Assembly (NCBI RefSeq): GCF_058153355.1
Contig: NZ_CM177019.1
Length of the DNA: 64,000 nt
Reading direction: 5' to 3' (one strand)
The notes under the pieces were generated by a model, which worked only from the letters and a program-made list of their open reading frames with translations, made no database searches and was not told the DNA's origin. This document shows positions 1 through 10,281 of this stretch, one piece after another. Positions within the stretch are counted from its first letter, which is position 1. Each line of letters begins with the position of its first letter. The translations under genes were made by a program, and so were the position numbers.

Positions 1-1184
1 TTGTAACCCTGTCCTAAATCCTCTTTTTTCGATTGTGACGGAAAAATTCCAAAGTTGGTTTGACTTTTATACGTCAGCTGGAAGGCCTTACCCTGTTGTG
101 TTTCCAGCGTGATATTTTCACCTTCAGATAAACGTTCTTGTAGGCGAGTAAGTGCGCTATCCAACATTTCCTGCGCACCAGCATGACCAAAGGCGGCATC
201 CTCGCATATCTGTTTAAAAATACCTGCCTTTATTTCGTATTTTACATTACCGTCATCAGTAGTCTCAGCTCTTAAACCTTCAATAAACTCTTCATAACCA
301 AAGCTCTGATGAAAGGTGATAAAACGCACTCGATTATCTTTGATAAGCTGATCATAAATCTTTTTCAACTCGCGACGTTTTTCACTCTCATCCTTACCCT
401 CCTGCAGGGAGTAAGCGATCGGATCACAAATTTGTACAGCAAGCTCAATAGTACGATATGTTTTACCTGTACCTGGCGGGCCATAGAGAATTGTGTTTTT
501 AGGCAATGGCGAACTTATAACATCATCTTCTTGCTCATTTTCTTGTAAAGCACTTTCGCTTCCAACTAAACCGATAGCATTTTTATCCTGAATTTCATAC
601 GCATAGAGATGCCAAAGTGACATATTCAGCTCAATAGGGTCGATATCATCACCCAGCGCACGATTTAGCGTTTCTTTAAGATCAACATTGCGAGCCAGCC
701 ACTCCCGTTCTCCGGAAAGACCTAGCTGGAAATGGTTGTTGCAATAATTGTAGCAACTAAAAAAATTATTAACATTCACGACACTGCTAATTTTTGATGG
801 GTATATTGCTGCAAAAGCACGATTACAAAGAGCCCTATATACCTTATTTAATACTCCGTCCGCTTTAAGTTTGATAAGACGTTCAATGACCCGATTATAA
901 TTTTCTTGTGTACACTCTTCTGCTATCTGACGGGTGAGCGTTAGAAGGTCTTTTTGTGCATTTTCAAATTCAACCAATGACATCCCACCTTGCATCAGGC
1001 TGGAGACACCATTGTCACGTTCATACCATACCTGCCGAATCGTGGCTTCAGAAAAGTTTGGTTTTTCGGCCTGAATCTGTTCTACAAGCTCGCGGTAGTG
1101 TTTGCCCCAAACTGAATTGTATTGATTATTTTTTTCAATTTGAGCACGAAAGAAGGGGGCTAATGCTGATGAATCCTGAACCAT
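1..1184 (-). CDS. McrB-family AAA+ GTPase (restriction-system motor subunit homolog), N-terminal ~394 codons only; the 3' end runs off the window start
   Basis: Minus-strand reading frame opens at ATG (plus coords 1182-1184) and, as translated by hand, continues without stop to position 1. Contains a Walker A motif GPPGTGKT (around 459-482) and, further on, FHQSFGYEEFIEG, which resembles the McrB signature FHQSYSYEDFIQG. It is absent from the supplied ORF track, presumably because it is incomplete. Confidence 0.6.
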   Translation of the reverse strand, partial: MVQDSSALAPFFRAQIEKNNQYNSVWGKHYRELVEQIQAEKPNFSEATIRQVWYERDNGVSSLMQGGMSLVEFENAQKDLLTLTRQIAEECTQENYNRVIERLIKLKADGVLNKVYRALCNRAFAAIYPSKISSVVNVNNFFSCYNYCNNHFQLGLSGEREWLARNVDLKETLNRALGDDIDPIELNMSLWHLYAYEIQDKNAIGLVGSESALQENEQEDDVISSPLPKNTILYGPPGTGKTYRTIELAVQICDPIAYSLQEGKDESEKRRELKKIYDQLIKDNRVRFITFHQSFGYEEFIEGLRAETTDDGNVKYEIKAGIFKQICEDAAFGHAGAQEMLDSALTRLQERLSEGENITLETQQGKAFQLTYKSQTNFGIFPSQSKKEDLGQGY

Positions 1185-1542
1185 CTCTTAATCCAATATG
1201 TAGGGGGGAGGGAAATTGGGATAGCCTTATCTTATCGGATTAATCTCAAAAATGTTAAATTTTATGATAAAAAAAAACTTTCATCCTGAAATTACCTTCT
1301 GCCCTGGAGCCGCCACATTTATCTGATGACTTTGAACTGCAAAACGCATGGTGTTGGTGGTTCTCAGAGAAGGCCATAGCATTCTTTCAGACGTAAAATC
1401 GCTACTCGTTTTTCAACCTGTGTGCATTTTCTAGTTGCATAGGGAATCAACTGTTTTTCAGGTAGGTATTGTTTACAGTAAATGGATATGCCGAAATTCA
1501 GAGGGTTCCAGTAACGACATTTTGACAGCAAACATACGACAT

Positions 1543-2376
1543 TCATTTTGCTGATAACGCTGACGGATAGTGCTTCGCCACAATGTCATTCATCTTATCC
1601 ACCAGATCCAGTCGCTTGAATGTGATGTGTCCACTGCCTTTCTGGTAATAGCGGATGACAAATAAATCGTCATTAAATACCTGCTCATGCGGGTGAGCAC
1701 TAACGAAGTCCATAAACCGAATCGCAACATCATGCCGGTTATCGGGAATGGCCTTCCCATCCAGCAGATAGAACATCCGTTCCAGATCGGCAAGCTGATC
1801 TCGCCGCCAGCCCCAGTGCAGGCTGTAACCCCATCGGTCATGCTTCACCAGATTGTTAACGATAATCTTCTTACCGAAATAACAGGGATTATTGGTTTTG
1901 TAATCCCAGCTCAATCCCTTAAATACATTGATAATCCCACGTTCGAAAACGTCATGCTTATTGTGGTGGAGTTGTTCAAAGGTACTCAGGATGTTGGCTT
2001 CGCTAATCGCCGGGAGATCGCCCTCCTCCAGGTTCTTTGCCCACTGACTGCGGGCTTCGGCATCCATCAGAGTCAACATCCCGGACTTCAGCATGAGATC
2101 GCGCCAGATGCTGCGATCGATATTGCGGGTGATCGCCGACATCGCTTTGTCGGTTGGTTGCATCAGCCAGCAGTCAAAGGCATATCCATTACGCATTCCC
2201 CAGGTTCCAGCCACATCACCGCCAATACTGGATGTCAGACTGGAGATATCATCCAGTTTTTGGATTAGCGTCGCTATCAGCTTCAGTGCGCTATCACGTC
2301 CTGTGACGATACGCTCAATATTGGTCGAGCGAATTATCTCGTTGTGATCGGTTAAGACTTCAGCTTCTGTTTGCAT
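1543..2376 (-). CDS. Hypothetical protein, 277 aa, function unknown; lies between the McrB-like gene and the divergently transcribed hsdM
   Basis: Longest ORF in the interval and same strand as the McrB-like gene 358 bp downstream. I see no nucleotide-binding or methyltransferase motif. The plus-strand ORFs overlapping it (1687..2268, 2093..2347) look like antisense shadows. Confidence 0.45.
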   Translation of the reverse strand: MQTEAEVLTDHNEIIRSTNIERIVTGRDSALKLIATLIQKLDDISSLTSSIGGDVAGTWGMRNGYAFDCWLMQPTDKAMSAITRNIDRSIWRDLMLKSGMLTLMDAEARSQWAKNLEEGDLPAISEANILSTFEQLHHNKHDVFERGIINVFKGLSWDYKTNNPCYFGKKIIVNNLVKHDRWGYSLHWGWRRDQLADLERMFYLLDGKAIPDNRHDVAIRFMDFVSAHPHEQVFNDDLFVIRYYQKGSGHITFKRLDLVDKMNDIVAKHYPSALSAK

Positions 2377-2682
2377 AATCTTTCATCCGTAAAAAAATAC
2401 ACTCGCCGTTAGTAGCAGACGGATTATCCTCTGGTGAAAGATTGGGTAAATAATGAGATTGAAAATCGGGAAGGTGACTCGCAATAAATTATCTGATCAC
2501 CTACGGATGGACGATGGGCATATAAAATAGCCTCCTGACTCAAACGGTGAATGCTGAATAAGATGCACTAACAATCTGGTACTGAATCCCCTCCTCACCG
2601 TCATACAAATCTGAAAAACCAAAAAACTTCCGGTAAAATCCCGGCAAAAGCCGACGTTAAAAACACATTCAAAGGATAAAAA

Positions 2683-4239
2683 ATGACCAGTCTTCAGCAG
2701 CGCGCGGAGCTTCATCGCCAAATCTGGCAAATTGCTAACGATGTCAGAGGTTCGGTCGATGGATGGGATTTTAAGCAATACGTTCTGGGCGCGCTTTTCT
2801 ACCGTTTTATCAGCGAAAATTTTTCCAGCTATATTGAAGCCGGTGATGACAGCATCTGTTATGCGAAACTGGATGACAGCGTAATTACTGATGACATTAA
2901 AGACGATGCCATCAAAACCAAAGGCTACTTCATCTACCCAAGTCAGCTTTTCTGCAACGTAGCTGCGAAAGCAAATACCAATGACAGACTGAACGCAGAT
3001 TTAAACAGCATCTTCGTTGCTATCGAAAGTTCTGCTTACGGTTACCCTTCAGAAGCTGACATCAAAGGTTTGTTTGCTGATTTCGATACCACCAGTAACC
3101 GCCTGGGTAATACCGTTAAGGATAAAAATGCCCGCCTGGCCGCGGTTCTGAAAGGGGTTGAAGGGTTAAAGCTTGGCGACTTTAACGAACATCAGATTGA
3201 CCTGTTCGGCGATGCCTATGAGTTCCTGATTTCTAACTATGCGGCGAATGCCGGTAAGTCAGGCGGCGAGTTCTTTACACCGCAGCACGTCTCTAAGCTG
3301 ATTGCACAACTGGCTATGCACGGGCAGACCCACGTTAACAAAATCTACGACCCGGCAGCGGGTTCCGGTTCGCTGTTGTTGCAGGCTAAAAAGCAGTTTG
3401 ATGACCACATCATCGAAGAAGGTTTTTTTGGTCAGGAAATCAACCATACGACCTATAACCTGGCGCGTATGAACATGTTTTTGCACAACATCAACTACGA
3501 CAAGTTTGATATCAAGTTGGGCAATACGCTGACTGAGCCGCACTTCAGAGATGAAAAACCGTTTGACGCCATCGTATCTAACCCACCGTATTCGGTGAAA
3601 TGGATAGGCAGCGATGACCCGACGCTGATTAACGATGAACGTTTTGCCCCGGCTGGCGTCCTGGCCCCCAAATCAAAAGCTGACTTCGCCTTTGTACTAC
3701 ATGCGCTGAACTATCTTTCTGCCAAAGGTCGTGCTGCGATTGTCTGCTTCCCGGGTATTTTTTACCGTGGCGGCGCAGAGCAGAAAATCCGTCAGTATCT
3801 GGTTGATAATAACTATGTCGAAACCGTGATTTCACTGGCTCCGAACCTGTTCTTTGGCACCACCATTGCCGTCAATATTCTGGTGTTGTCTAAACATAAA
3901 ACCGATACCAAAGTTCAGTTTATTGACGCCAGCGAACTATTCAAAAAAGAGACTAACAACAACATTCTGACCGATGCCCATATCGAACAGATTATGCAGG
4001 TATTTGCCAGCAAGGAAGATGTTGCTCATCTGGCGAAATCTGTCGCGTTTGAGACCGTTGTCGCTAATGACTATAACCTGTCGGTAAGCAGCTATGTGGA
4101 AGCGAAAGATAACCGCGAAATTATCGATATCAGTGAGCTGAATGCTGAGCTGAAAACCACGGTCAGCAAAATCGACCAGTTGCGTAAAGATATTGATGCG
4201 ATTGTGGCTGAAATTGAAGGCTGCGAGGTGCAGAAATGA
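2683..4239 (+). CDS. hsdM: Type I restriction-modification system DNA methyltransferase subunit M (type IC-like)
   Basis: 518-aa ORF with an N6-adenine methyltransferase NPPY motif ([11 protein letters not shown]) and the AdoMet-binding region ([11 protein letters not shown]). RBS aaaggat sits upstream of the ATG at 2683. The stop overlaps the hsdS start (ATGA at 4236-4239). Confidence 0.9.
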   Translation: MTSLQQRAELHRQIWQIANDVRGSVDGWDFKQYVLGALFYRFISENFSSYIEAGDDSICYAKLDDSVITDDIKDDAIKTKGYFIYPSQLFCNVAAKANTNDRLNADLNSIFVAIESSAYGYPSEADIKGLFADFDTTSNRLGNTVKDKNARLAAVLKGVEGLKLGDFNEHQIDLFGDAYEFLISNYAANAGKSGGEFFTPQHVSKLIAQLAMHGQTHVNKIYDPAAGSGSLLLQAKKQFDDHIIEEGFFGQEINHTTYNLARMNMFLHNINYDKFDIKLGNTLTEPHFRDEKPFDAIVSNPPYSVKWIGSDDPTLINDERFAPAGVLAPKSKADFAFVLHALNYLSAKGRAAIVCFPGIFYRGGAEQKIRQYLVDNNYVETVISLAPNLFFGTTIAVNILVLSKHKTDTKVQFIDASELFKKETNNNILTDAHIEQIMQVFASKEDVAHLAKSVAFETVVANDYNLSVSSYVEAKDNREIIDISELNAELKTTVSKIDQLRKDIDAIVAEIEGCEVQK

Positions 4240-5390
4240 ACGAGTTGAGTTATCTGGAAAAATTACTGGATGGGGTTGAGGTTGAGTGGTTGCCATTGGC
4301 TAAAGTTTGTCGTTTAATAAACGGGAGAGCATATAAGCAAGAAGAACTGCTTTCCAAAGGCAAATATCCAGTATTAAGAGTCGGTAATTTTTTTACTAAC
4401 CAAAATTGGTATTACTCAGATTTAGAATTAGATCAAGACAAGTATTGTGATAACGGTGACCTTTTATATGCTTGGTCCGCATCATTTGGTCCAAGAATTT
4501 GGCATGGGGGTAAATCTATTTACCATTATCACATATGGAAAGTGGTTCCAGATTCGAATCTTATTTGTAAACAGTTTCTATATTACTTGTTACAATGGGA
4601 TACTAAAGCACTTAAAGATGCACATAGCACTGGTTCTACTATGATGCACATCAGCAAAACTACAATTGAAAAAAGGTTAGTCCCCATCCCCTGCCCGGAT
4701 AATCCGGAAAAATCCCTTGCCATCCAGTCTGAAATCGTTCGGATTCTGGATAAATTTACTGCACTTACCGCTGAGCTTACCGCTGAGCTTAATATGCGAA
4801 AAAAACAGTACAACTACTATCTCGACCAGTTACTGAATCTTGAGGGTAGGGAAAATACTCGAGAAATGAGGATAGGTGATATTTATGATTTTCAGTATGG
4901 AACAGGCAATACAATTCCTAAATCTGGAGGGCAATATCCTGTTTATGGTAGCAACGGGATTGTAGGCTCCCATGACAAATATAACAGCGAAGACTCACCT
5001 GTTATTGGCCATATAGGTGCTTACGCAGGAATCGTTAACTGGGGCCAGGGTAAGCATTTTGTTACATACAACGGAGTTATTTGTAGGCACAAATCGAAGG
5101 AAGTTCTTCAAAAATACGCCTACTATTTATTACTTTTACAAGATTTCGGTTCAAAATCTAATAGTGCATCACAGCCTTTTGTTTCATATAACATATTAAA
5201 TGCTCCTATTGTTTTGGTTCCCCCTTTACAAGAGCAAGCTCGTATCGTCGCAATACTCGATAAATTCGACACCCTGACCAACTCCATCACCGAAGGTCTT
5301 CCGCGTGAAATCGAGTTGCGCCAGAAACAATACGAGTACTATCGTGATTTACTGTTCAGTTTCCCAAAACCTGAAACTCTCAGTAATTAA
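4236..5390 (+). CDS. hsdS: Type I restriction-modification system specificity subunit S (type IC-like, two target-recognition domains)
   Basis: 384-aa ORF translationally coupled to hsdM. It has two AT-rich variable regions separated by a conserved central region containing TAEL repeats, plus a conserved C-terminal region ([30 protein letters not shown]), as in EcoR124-type HsdS. Confidence 0.85.
   Translation: MNELSYLEKLLDGVEVEWLPLAKVCRLINGRAYKQEELLSKGKYPVLRVGNFFTNQNWYYSDLELDQDKYCDNGDLLYAWSASFGPRIWHGGKSIYHYHIWKVVPDSNLICKQFLYYLLQWDTKALKDAHSTGSTMMHISKTTIEKRLVPIPCPDNPEKSLAIQSEIVRILDKFTALTAELTAELNMRKKQYNYYLDQLLNLEGRENTREMRIGDIYDFQYGTGNTIPKSGGQYPVYGSNGIVGSHDKYNSEDSPVIGHIGAYAGIVNWGQGKHFVTYNGVICRHKSKEVLQKYAYYLLLLQDFGSKSNSASQPFVSYNILNAPIVLVPPLQEQARIVAILDKFDTLTNSITEGLPREIELRQKQYEYYRDLLFSFPKPETLSN
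4767..4790 (+). repeat. Two tandem copies of a 12-bp repeat ACCGCTGAGCTT (encoding TAEL-TAEL) in the central conserved region of hsdS
   Basis: Direct reading: accgctgagctt accgctgagctt at 4767-4790. In type IC HsdS, the copy number of this repeat is known to set the spacer length of the recognition sequence. Confidence 0.85.
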
Positions 5391-5511
5391 TTGACCATTA
5401 TTACAGACCGGACCATCTTAATATCCGGTCAGTATATAGACTATTTTTTACACGCCGGAAGTCACCATTAACCCCCTTCCGGCCCTTGCCAGACGGCACA
5501 AAGGATGCGCT

Positions 5512-8500
5512 ATGACTCATCAAACACACACCATTGCTGAATCCAATAACTTTATCGTTCTTGATAAGTACATCAAAGCTGAGCAAACAGGCGACAGCTA
5601 TCAGAGCGAATCGGACCTGGAACGTGAACTGATTCAGGACCTGCAAAATCAGGGCTATGAATTTATACCCGTAAAATCACAGTCAGCGATGCTGGCCAAC
5701 GTTCGGGAACAGCTTCAGAGCCTCAATGGTGTGGTGTTTAATGACAGCGAGTGGCGGCGTTTCACGGAGCAGTATCTGGATAACCCGAGCGATGGCATTC
5801 TGGATAAGACCCGTAAAATCCATATCGACTATATTTGCGACTTTATTTTTGATGACGAGCGACTTGAGAACATCTATTTGATAGATAAAAAGAATCTCAT
5901 GCGCAATAAGGTGCAGATTATCCAGCAGTTTGAACAGGCGGGTTCCCACTCTAACCGCTATGATGTCACGATCCTGATTAATGGCTTACCACTGGTACAA
6001 ATCGAACTGAAAAAGCGCGGCGTGGCGATTCGTGAGGCTTTCAACCAGATACATCGTTACAGTAAAGAGAGTTTTAACAGCGAAAATTCCCTGTTTAAGT
6101 ATCTGCAACTGTTTGTCATTTCTAACGGCACCGATACCCGTTACTTTGCCAACACCACAAAGCGCGATAAAAATAGTTTTGACTTCACCATGAACTGGGC
6201 GAAATCAGACAACACGCTGATTAAAGACCTCAAAGATTTTACCGCTACCTTTTTCCAGAAACATACTCTGCTTAATGTTCTGGTGAACTACAGCGTGTTC
6301 GATATTAGCCAGACGCTACTGGTGATGCGACCGTACCAGATTGCCGCCACCGAACGAATCTTATGGAAAATCAACAGCTCCTATAAAGCGAAAAACTGGT
6401 CTACCCCCGAAAGCGGTGGCTTTATCTGGCACACCACCGGTTCCGGTAAAACCCTGACCAGCTTTAAAGCTGCGCGTCTGGCAACAGAGCTGGACTTTAT
6501 TGATAAAGTCTTCTTCGTGGTCGACAGAAAAGACCTCGATTACCAGACCATGAAGGAATATCAGCGTTTTTCGCCAGATAGTGTTAACGGTTCGGAAAAT
6601 ACCGCAGGCCTGAAACGAAATCTGGATAAGGACGATAACAAAATTATCGTCACCACTATTCAGAAACTTAATAACCTGATGAAAGCAGAAAGCGACCTGC
6701 CTGTATACAATCAGCAAGTGGTGTTTATATTTGATGAATGTCACCGCAGCCAGTTTGGAGAAGCGCAGAAAAACCTGAAGAAGAAATTCAAACGCTATTA
6801 TCAGTTTGGTTTTACCGGCACACCTATTTTCCCGGAAAACGCTTTAGGCTCAGAAACGACCGCCAGCGTATTTGGTCGTGAATTGCATTCGTATGTGATT
6901 ACCGATGCGATTCGTGATGAAAAAGTGCTCAAATTCAAGGTGGACTATAACGATGTGCGGCCACAATTTAAGTCTTTAGAGACAGAAACCGACGAGAAAA
7001 AACTGAGTGCGGCTGAAAATCAGCAGGCGTTTCTTCATCCCATGCGTATACAGGAAATTACGCAATATATTCTGAATAACTTCCGCCAGAAGACCCACCG
7101 TACTTTCCCAGGTTCCAAAGGCTTTAATGCCATGCTGGCAGTGAGTAGCGTGGATGCCGCGAAAGCCTATTACGCGACGTTTAAACGGTTACAAGAGGAA
7201 GCCGCTAATAAATCTGCTACCTATAAACCACTACGTGTTGCGACAATCTTCTCCTTTGCCGCTAATGAAGAACAAAATGCCATTGGTGAAATTTCCGATG
7301 AAACTTTTGATACCAGCGCAATGGACAGCAGTGCTAAAGAGTTTCTCGACGCTGCAATTCGTGAATATAACAGCTATTTTAAAACTAACTTCAGTACCGA
7401 CAGTAACGGTTTTCAGAACTACTATCGTGATTTAGCCCAACGGGTTAAAAATCAGGATATCGATCTGTTAATTGTCGTTGGGATGTTTTTAACCGGCTTC
7501 GACGCTCCAACATTGAACACGCTATTCGTCGATAAAAACTTGCGTTTTCACGGCCTGATGCAGGCATTTTCCCGCACCAACCGCATTTATGACGCCACTA
7601 AAACCTTCGGTAACATCGTCACTTTTCGGGATCTGGAACGCTCAACCATTGATGCCATAACGCTGTTTGGTGATAAAAATACCAAAAATGTGGTGTTAGA
7701 AAAGAGTTATGCCGAGTATATGGAAGGCTTTACAGATGCTGCCACTGGTGAAGCTAAACGCGGCTTTATGGCAGTAGTTTCAGAACTGGAACAACGGTTC
7801 CCTGACCCTGCCAGTATTGAAAGTGAAAAAGAGAAGAAAGACTTCGTTAAACTGTTTGGTGAATACCTGCGCGCCGAGAACATCCTGCAAAACTATGATG
7901 AATTTGCCACGCTGAAAGCCCTGCAACAAATCGATCTTAGCGATCCTGTTGCGGTAGAAAAATTCAAAGCAGAACATTATGTGGATGATGAAAAGTTTGC
8001 TGAATTACAAACGATTCGTCTCCCTGCTGAACGTAAGATTCAGGATTATCGTTCGGCCTATAACGATATTCGTGACTGGCAGCGCCGCGAGAAAGAAGCT
8101 GACAAAAAAGAAAAATCAACCACTGACTGGGATGACGTGGTTTTTGAGGTCGATTTGCTGAAGTCTCAGGAAATAAACCTGGATTATATCCTTGGACTGA
8201 TTTTCGAACACAACAGACAAAACAAAGGTAAGGGCGAAATGACCGAAGAGGTCAAACGCTTAATTCGTTCGAGCCTTGGGAACCGTGCCAAAGAAGGCCT
8301 GGTGGTCGATTTTATTCAACAAACGAACCTGGATGATTTGCCGGATAAAGCCAGTATCATTGACGCGTTCTTTATCTTTGCTCAACGCGAACAGCAACGT
8401 GAAGCAGAAGCGTTGATTAAAGAAGAAAATCTCAATGAAGAAGCAGCGAAACGCTATATTCGCACGTCTTTAAAACGCGAATACGCCACCGAAAATGGCA

Positions 8501-8628
8501 CAGAATTAAACGAGACGTTACCAAAACTTAGTCCGTTAAACCCGCAATATAAAACGAAAAAACAGACGGTTTTCCAGAAGATCGTCGCGTTTATTGAGAA
8601 GTTTAAAGGTGTAGGCGGGCAGATATAA
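5512..8628 (+). CDS. hsdR: Type I restriction enzyme endonuclease/helicase subunit R (type IC-like, 1038 aa)
   Basis: 1038-aa ORF with SF2 helicase motifs (Walker A TTGSGKT, DEAH-like [10 protein letters not shown]). The length matches type IC HsdR such as EcoR124I as I recall it. A 121-bp gap after hsdS leaves room for its own promoter. Confidence 0.9.
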   Translation: MTHQTHTIAESNNFIVLDKYIKAEQTGDSYQSESDLERELIQDLQNQGYEFIPVKSQSAMLANVREQLQSLNGVVFNDSEWRRFTEQYLDNPSDGILDKTRKIHIDYICDFIFDDERLENIYLIDKKNLMRNKVQIIQQFEQAGSHSNRYDVTILINGLPLVQIELKKRGVAIREAFNQIHRYSKESFNSENSLFKYLQLFVISNGTDTRYFANTTKRDKNSFDFTMNWAKSDNTLIKDLKDFTATFFQKHTLLNVLVNYSVFDISQTLLVMRPYQIAATERILWKINSSYKAKNWSTPESGGFIWHTTGSGKTLTSFKAARLATELDFIDKVFFVVDRKDLDYQTMKEYQRFSPDSVNGSENTAGLKRNLDKDDNKIIVTTIQKLNNLMKAESDLPVYNQQVVFIFDECHRSQFGEAQKNLKKKFKRYYQFGFTGTPIFPENALGSETTASVFGRELHSYVITDAIRDEKVLKFKVDYNDVRPQFKSLETETDEKKLSAAENQQAFLHPMRIQEITQYILNNFRQKTHRTFPGSKGFNAMLAVSSVDAAKAYYATFKRLQEEAANKSATYKPLRVATIFSFAANEEQNAIGEISDETFDTSAMDSSAKEFLDAAIREYNSYFKTNFSTDSNGFQNYYRDLAQRVKNQDIDLLIVVGMFLTGFDAPTLNTLFVDKNLRFHGLMQAFSRTNRIYDATKTFGNIVTFRDLERSTIDAITLFGDKNTKNVVLEKSYAEYMEGFTDAATGEAKRGFMAVVSELEQRFPDPASIESEKEKKDFVKLFGEYLRAENILQNYDEFATLKALQQIDLSDPVAVEKFKAEHYVDDEKFAELQTIRLPAERKIQDYRSAYNDIRDWQRREKEADKKEKSTTDWDDVVFEVDLLKSQEINLDYILGLIFEHNRQNKGKGEMTEEVKRLIRSSLGNRAKEGLVVDFIQQTNLDDLPDKASIIDAFFIFAQREQQREAEALIKEENLNEEAAKRYIRTSLKREYATENGTELNETLPKLSPLNPQYKTKKQTVFQKIVAFIEKFKGVGGQI

Positions 8629-8852
8629 TGTATTAATCCGAACCTGATCTGGCAGATAGCTGTCAGATCAGGACTGAGCTAATACAAATTAATATCGAAC
8701 CGAAAATACCAACGCCTGTACCAACATTTTTCGTTTGCGATGGGTTGAAATTGGTTGGCTCTGAGAGAGTTAAAATAGCGAGAAAGATAGGTAACTAATG
8801 GATCCCAGACACAAAAAAAGCCGCCCTTGAGCGACTCGATTTGCATACGATG

Positions 8853-8937
8853 TGGTGCCGAAGGCCGGACTCGAACCGGCACGTATTTCTACGGTTGATT
8901 TTGAATCAACTGCGTCTACCGATTTCGCCACTTCGGC
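8853..8937 (-). tRNA. leuX: tRNA-Leu (anticodon CAA)
   Basis: The minus-strand sequence GCCGAAGTGGCGAAATCGGTAGACGCAGTTGATTCAAAATCAACCGTAGAAATACGTGCCGGTTCGAGTCCGGCCTTCGGCACCA has acceptor stem, D-loop, anticodon loop UUCAAAA (anticodon CAA), the long variable arm of a class II tRNA, T-loop GGTTCGAGTCC and 3' CCA. Confidence 0.92.
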
Positions 8938-9132
8938 ACTGAAGAGGTATGCGGAAAACGTTGTGGATTATACCTGTCGCACGCCACCATGCAAGCGCCA
9001 GCTTGCACCCACTTTGCTAAGTGCTGAAATTTTCAGCATTGCATACCGCGATGTGTAACCTTTGTCACACTCCAGGCACCCCGCCCTACCATGCTCTACA
9101 CTTCCCAGACAACACCAGAGAAGGACAAAAAT

Positions 9133-10218
9133 ATGTCGATGATAAAAAGCTATGCCGCAAAAGAGGCTGGCGGCAAACTGGAAGTTTATGAGTACGATCC
9201 CGGTGAACTGAAGCCACAAGATGTCGAAGTGCAGGTGGATTACTGCGGGATCTGCCATTCCGATCTGTCGATGATCGACAACGAATGGGGATTTTCACAG
9301 TATCCGCTGGTTGCCGGGCATGAGGTGATTGGGCGCGTGGTGGCGCTCGGGAGCGCCGCGCAGGATAAAGGTTTGCAGGTCGGTCAGCGTGTCGGGATTG
9401 GCTGGACGGCGCGAAGCTGTGGTCACTGCGATGCCTGTATTAGCGGTAATCAGATCAACTGCGAGCAAGGTGCGGTGCCAACAATTATGAATCGCGGCGG
9501 TTTTGCCGAGAAGTTGCGTGCAGACTGGCAATGGGTGATTCCACTGCCGGAAAATATCGATATCGATTCCGCCGGGCCGCTGCTGTGTGGTGGTATCACG
9601 GTCTTCAAACCACTGTTAATGCACCATATCACTGCCACCAGCCGCGTTGGGGTAATTGGTATTGGCGGGCTGGGGCATATCGCTATAAAACTTCTGCACG
9701 CAATGGGATGCGAGGTAACGGCCTTTAGTTCTAATCCGGCGAAAGAGCAGGAAGTGCTGGCGATGGGTGCCGATAAAGTAGTGAATAGCCGCGATCCGCA
9801 GGCACTGAAAGCACTGGCGGGGCAGTTTGATCTCATTATCAACACCGTCAACGTCAGCCTCGACTGGCAGCCTTATTTTGAGGCGCTGACGTATGGCGGT
9901 AATTTCCATACAGTCGGCGCGGTCCTCACGCCGCTGTCTGTTCCGGCCTTTACGTTAATTGCGGGCGACCGCAGCGTCTCTGGTTCAGCAACAGGTACAC
10001 CTTATGAGCTGCGTAAGCTGATGCACTTTGCCGCCCGCAGCAAGGTTGCGCCGACTACCGAACTGTTCCCTATGTCGAAAATTAACGACGCCATTCAGCA
10101 TGTACGCGATGGTAAAGCGCGCTACCGAGTGGTCCTGAAAGCCGACTTCTGCTCCCTTTGCCGGGTGCCTGTCGCCCGGCTTTTAAATCTCTTTGGAAGG
10201 CGTCTCGCAATCTGCTGA
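9133..10218 (+). CDS. ahr: NADPH-dependent aldehyde reductase Ahr (zinc-dependent alcohol dehydrogenase family); the ORF runs about 22 codons past the expected C-terminus
   Basis: ORF starting [14 protein letters not shown] with the Zn-ADH motif GHEVIG and the NAD(P)-binding GxGxxG (GVIGIGGLG). The expected end ...[10 protein letters not shown] is followed here by [22 protein letters not shown] before the stop. Confidence 0.8.
   Translation: MSMIKSYAAKEAGGKLEVYEYDPGELKPQDVEVQVDYCGICHSDLSMIDNEWGFSQYPLVAGHEVIGRVVALGSAAQDKGLQVGQRVGIGWTARSCGHCDACISGNQINCEQGAVPTIMNRGGFAEKLRADWQWVIPLPENIDIDSAGPLLCGGITVFKPLLMHHITATSRVGVIGIGGLGHIAIKLLHAMGCEVTAFSSNPAKEQEVLAMGADKVVNSRDPQALKALAGQFDLIINTVNVSLDWQPYFEALTYGGNFHTVGAVLTPLSVPAFTLIAGDRSVSGSATGTPYELRKLMHFAARSKVAPTTELFPMSKINDAIQHVRDGKARYRVVLKADFCSLCRVPVARLLNLFGRRLAIC
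10160..10184 (+). terminator. Putative rho-independent terminator hairpin (GCCGGG..CCCGGC then TTTT) at the ahr 3' end
   Basis: Inverted repeat gccggg/cccggc followed by a T run, seen directly. It lies inside the extended ahr reading frame. Confidence 0.45.
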
Positions 10219-10281
10219 ATTTAGCGGTGAAGAGTGCGCAGCCGTTGCCTATACTCCAGGCAGGAAACTGGAGGAAATCTC

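Larger units (their letters stand above)
1..8852. mobile_element. Accessory genomic island segment abutting the 3' end of leuX (restriction/defense cargo); left boundary lies outside the window
   Basis: By-eye GC looks lower than the flanking core; content is McrB-like GTPase, an unknown ORF and type I R-M genes; tRNA 3' ends are classical island integration sites. No integrase is visible inside the window. Confidence 0.5.

Noticed and set aside
309-1243. Plus-strand ORFs 309..548 and 956..1243 at the window start
   Set aside because: They lie antisense to the McrB-like minus-strand frame, which carries conserved GTPase motifs.
1687-2268. 193-aa and 84-aa plus-strand ORFs overlapping the 277-aa minus-strand gene
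   Set aside because: The minus-strand frame is longer and has an upstream start; these were treated as antisense artefacts. This is not certain, and the uncertainty is noted in the findings.
8679-8882. 67-aa minus-strand ORF overlapping the 3' end of leuX
   Set aside because: It overlaps a structural tRNA and intergenic sequence; no RBS and an implausible composition.
9450-9909. Minus-strand ORFs (133 aa and 97 aa) inside ahr
   Set aside because: Antisense to ahr, which has clear Zn-ADH motifs.
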